A stretch of DNA of 64,000 nt from Malacoraja senta (lineage: Eukaryota): NCBI GenBank assembly GCA_038087875.1, contig CM075994.1:11782001-11846000 (forward strand). The letters run 5' to 3'. Shown here one piece after another: positions 61,762 to 64,000 of this stretch (the stretch's first letter is position 1; each line of letters begins with the position of its first letter). The notes under the pieces are model-generated. The model was not told where the DNA came from. It made no database searches and saw only the letters and a list, made by a program, of their open reading frames with translations. The position numbers and the translations under genes were made by a program.

Positions 61762-64000
61762 GGACTTCCGGTGGCGCCATGGAGTAGGAGAGACTCGCGC
61801 CGACTAGCTCCGGGGAAAAAACGTTGAAAACGGGGGAAAAAGAACGGGACCTACCTCTGGAAAACGGCACCGAGTGTTTGCAACAGGTCCGTGACGTCAT
61901 CAGGCGCGCGACACCGGCAGTATGTCGATTCAACATACCCCCCCCCCAAGATGAGAAAAAACGGTAAGGGAAAAGAGGCAGGCCCACCTGAAGCCTCGGG
62001 CTCAGTTTTAACAGTATCCCAAGAAAATATCTCAAGGAAGAAAAAAACAGATGTGGAAGAATTAAGAACCTTCCTGACACAGGAAATCTCTAATATAATG
62101 AAAGAATTTAAAAAATCTTAAACAGGAGCTGAAATCTTTAAAAGATGAAATTAAAGAACAAATTAAAGATGAGGTTACAGCTTCTGTGCATGAATGTACT
62201 GGAAGACTGCAAATTAACCATGGAAGAAAATATGCATCAAAATACTGAAGAAGTATATGATAAACTGAATTCGATGGAATCCAGATTTGATGCTAAGTTG
62301 GAGCCTATCCTCCAGACATTAAATCAACACCACGAAGCAGTAAAGGAATTGAGGAAATTGCTGAGACGAGCACCGAAACAACAAATAAACTTATTGCCGA
62401 GAACAAACGCCTATCGAAGTTATTACATCAAATAACCGAAGAATGTATTGACTTGGAGGGACGACAGAGACGTCAGAATTTAAGAATCGTAGGCGTCCAG
62501 GAAGGCAGAGAGGGGAATCGTGACCCTCGCGAATTTGCTGCAGATCTGCTGAAAAAAGTCTTGAAACTGGATCAAGCACCGTTAATTGCCCGAGCGCACA
62601 GAGTATCAAGACATCGCCCAGGGGTGGGCGCCCCCCAAGACAACTGATAGTGAAGGTGCAATATGACCATGTTTTGGATGATATGATGAAGATAATTGTT
62701 CAAAGCAGAAACCTCGGATTTGAAGGAGACAAGATAAGCATATTTAGAGATTATCCTGTGGAAGTCGCCAAGAAGAGAGCGCTGTTTACAGAAACAAGAA
62801 TACTTAAGAATATAAACAATTTGAGATATGGACTGTTACATCCCGCAACATTAAGAGTGACCTATGAGCGGAAGGAACATTTCTTCGTCAAGCATACAGA
62901 GGCACTTGAATTTGCCCAGAGCATCGTGGATAAGACCGAAGATTGAATAATATTCTACACCCAACATTCACCTGAAGACAGTGGAAACTGTTATCCTGCA
63001 GAGAAGAGATGGAACTTTAAACTATCATTTTTAAGAACTGTCCCCATTCTTCTTGCAGATTTTGTCCAAGATCTGCGGGAAGAATTGGGCAATTATCTCG
63101 CTACTGATACATAAAATTTACATTTTAGTACTAATTTCTAACAATTAATTCTAATCACGAATACTAATCAATACTAATTATTGTTAACTGGACCAACTTA
63201 GAATTGATTAAAAGTATGAAATATAAGTAAAGTGTGATCCAAGTAATTAATTAATAAAATATAGGAAGTTTTTTCCTTGCTATTTTGGATATTTGGATAT
63301 TTTGGACTTTGATTACTCTTTAACAATGTTTTTTGATTACTCTTTAATACTGTTTTTTGATTACTCTTTAACAGTGACTTCCCCCTTTTTTTTTTAAATT
63401 AAAAAAAAGAGAGGAAAAATATTTTTAGCTTGCTATATGATACTAACATTTTAATTGGACACTAACAAATACTTCAATTATGGAATAAAACTATTGTTTC
63501 CCTCCCCCCCATAAATTGTCTTCATTGTAATTGAAACTTTTCTTTTAAGGAAAGTACGGAGCTAGTAATAATTTTTTTTTAACAAAAGCTACAGAAGTCT
63601 TTAGATGTTTAGCCACACTAGGGTGGCTATCACTAACTGCACTAATCATAGTTGTAGTTTTCTTCTTTTTCTACTTTTTACACGTTACTAATACAACATT
63701 TTATTACCTTTTCTATCTTATGTTATAATATATTTTGTATTTGGAATGGAATTATATGTTTTATTTAGGGAGATATGTCCGGATGAAAAACAGACGAGAC
63801 TTAGAATTCATCTACCTGAGGTTCAAGTATAAGGTAGGGTTTAGTGCGCTGAGCCATCTGCTCCAACATAGACCACTTTAATCACAAGATGCAAGACGTT
63901 AATATAAAAATTGGGGGTGAAGGAATTAAATTCTGTAGCTGGAATGTTAAGGGGAAAAAACAATTTACAAAATTACATCAGATAATGGAGAAACATTAAC
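61762..64000 (+). mobile_element. L1 copy B: 5' end, ORF1 (61951-62946, broken), spacer, ORF2 start (63889); runs off the window
   Basis: ggacttccggtggcgccatgg start; LEGRQRRQNLRIVGVQEG, IARAHR, IFRDY, LLHPATLRV (L1 ORF1); MQDVNIK..FCSWNVKG. Confidence 0.88.

Overview
Eukaryotic, vertebrate-type DNA; the CR1/Penelope/Rex1 repeat style suggests a cartilaginous fish such as a skate or ray (inference). No host gene is recognisable. The 64 kb is almost entirely nested transposable elements, many with readable target-site duplications (TSDs). In order: (1) L1 interrupted by a complete DIRS tyrosine-recombinase retrotransposon, which carries a Vingi-like LINE and a full-length Nimb/I LINE that itself holds a MITE; (2) L2 interrupted by a complete Gypsy; (3) a non-autonomous TIR element; (4) a five-deep nest CR1 > BEL/Pao > CR1 > Gypsy > CR1 tail, plus a Penelope with a hammerhead-like motif; (5) a Gypsy LTR-gag remnant, a class I ERV pol remnant, an intron-containing DD35E IS630/Tc1 transposase with an intact spliced ORF, Rex1, a foamy-virus-like integrase fragment, further CR1 and Vingi pieces, and a second L1. 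About 25 or more orientable insertions from more than a dozen superfamilies lie on the + strand and only one large element is on the - strand. This is the architecture expected of a flamenco-like uni-strand piRNA 'TE trap' cluster (inference, untested).
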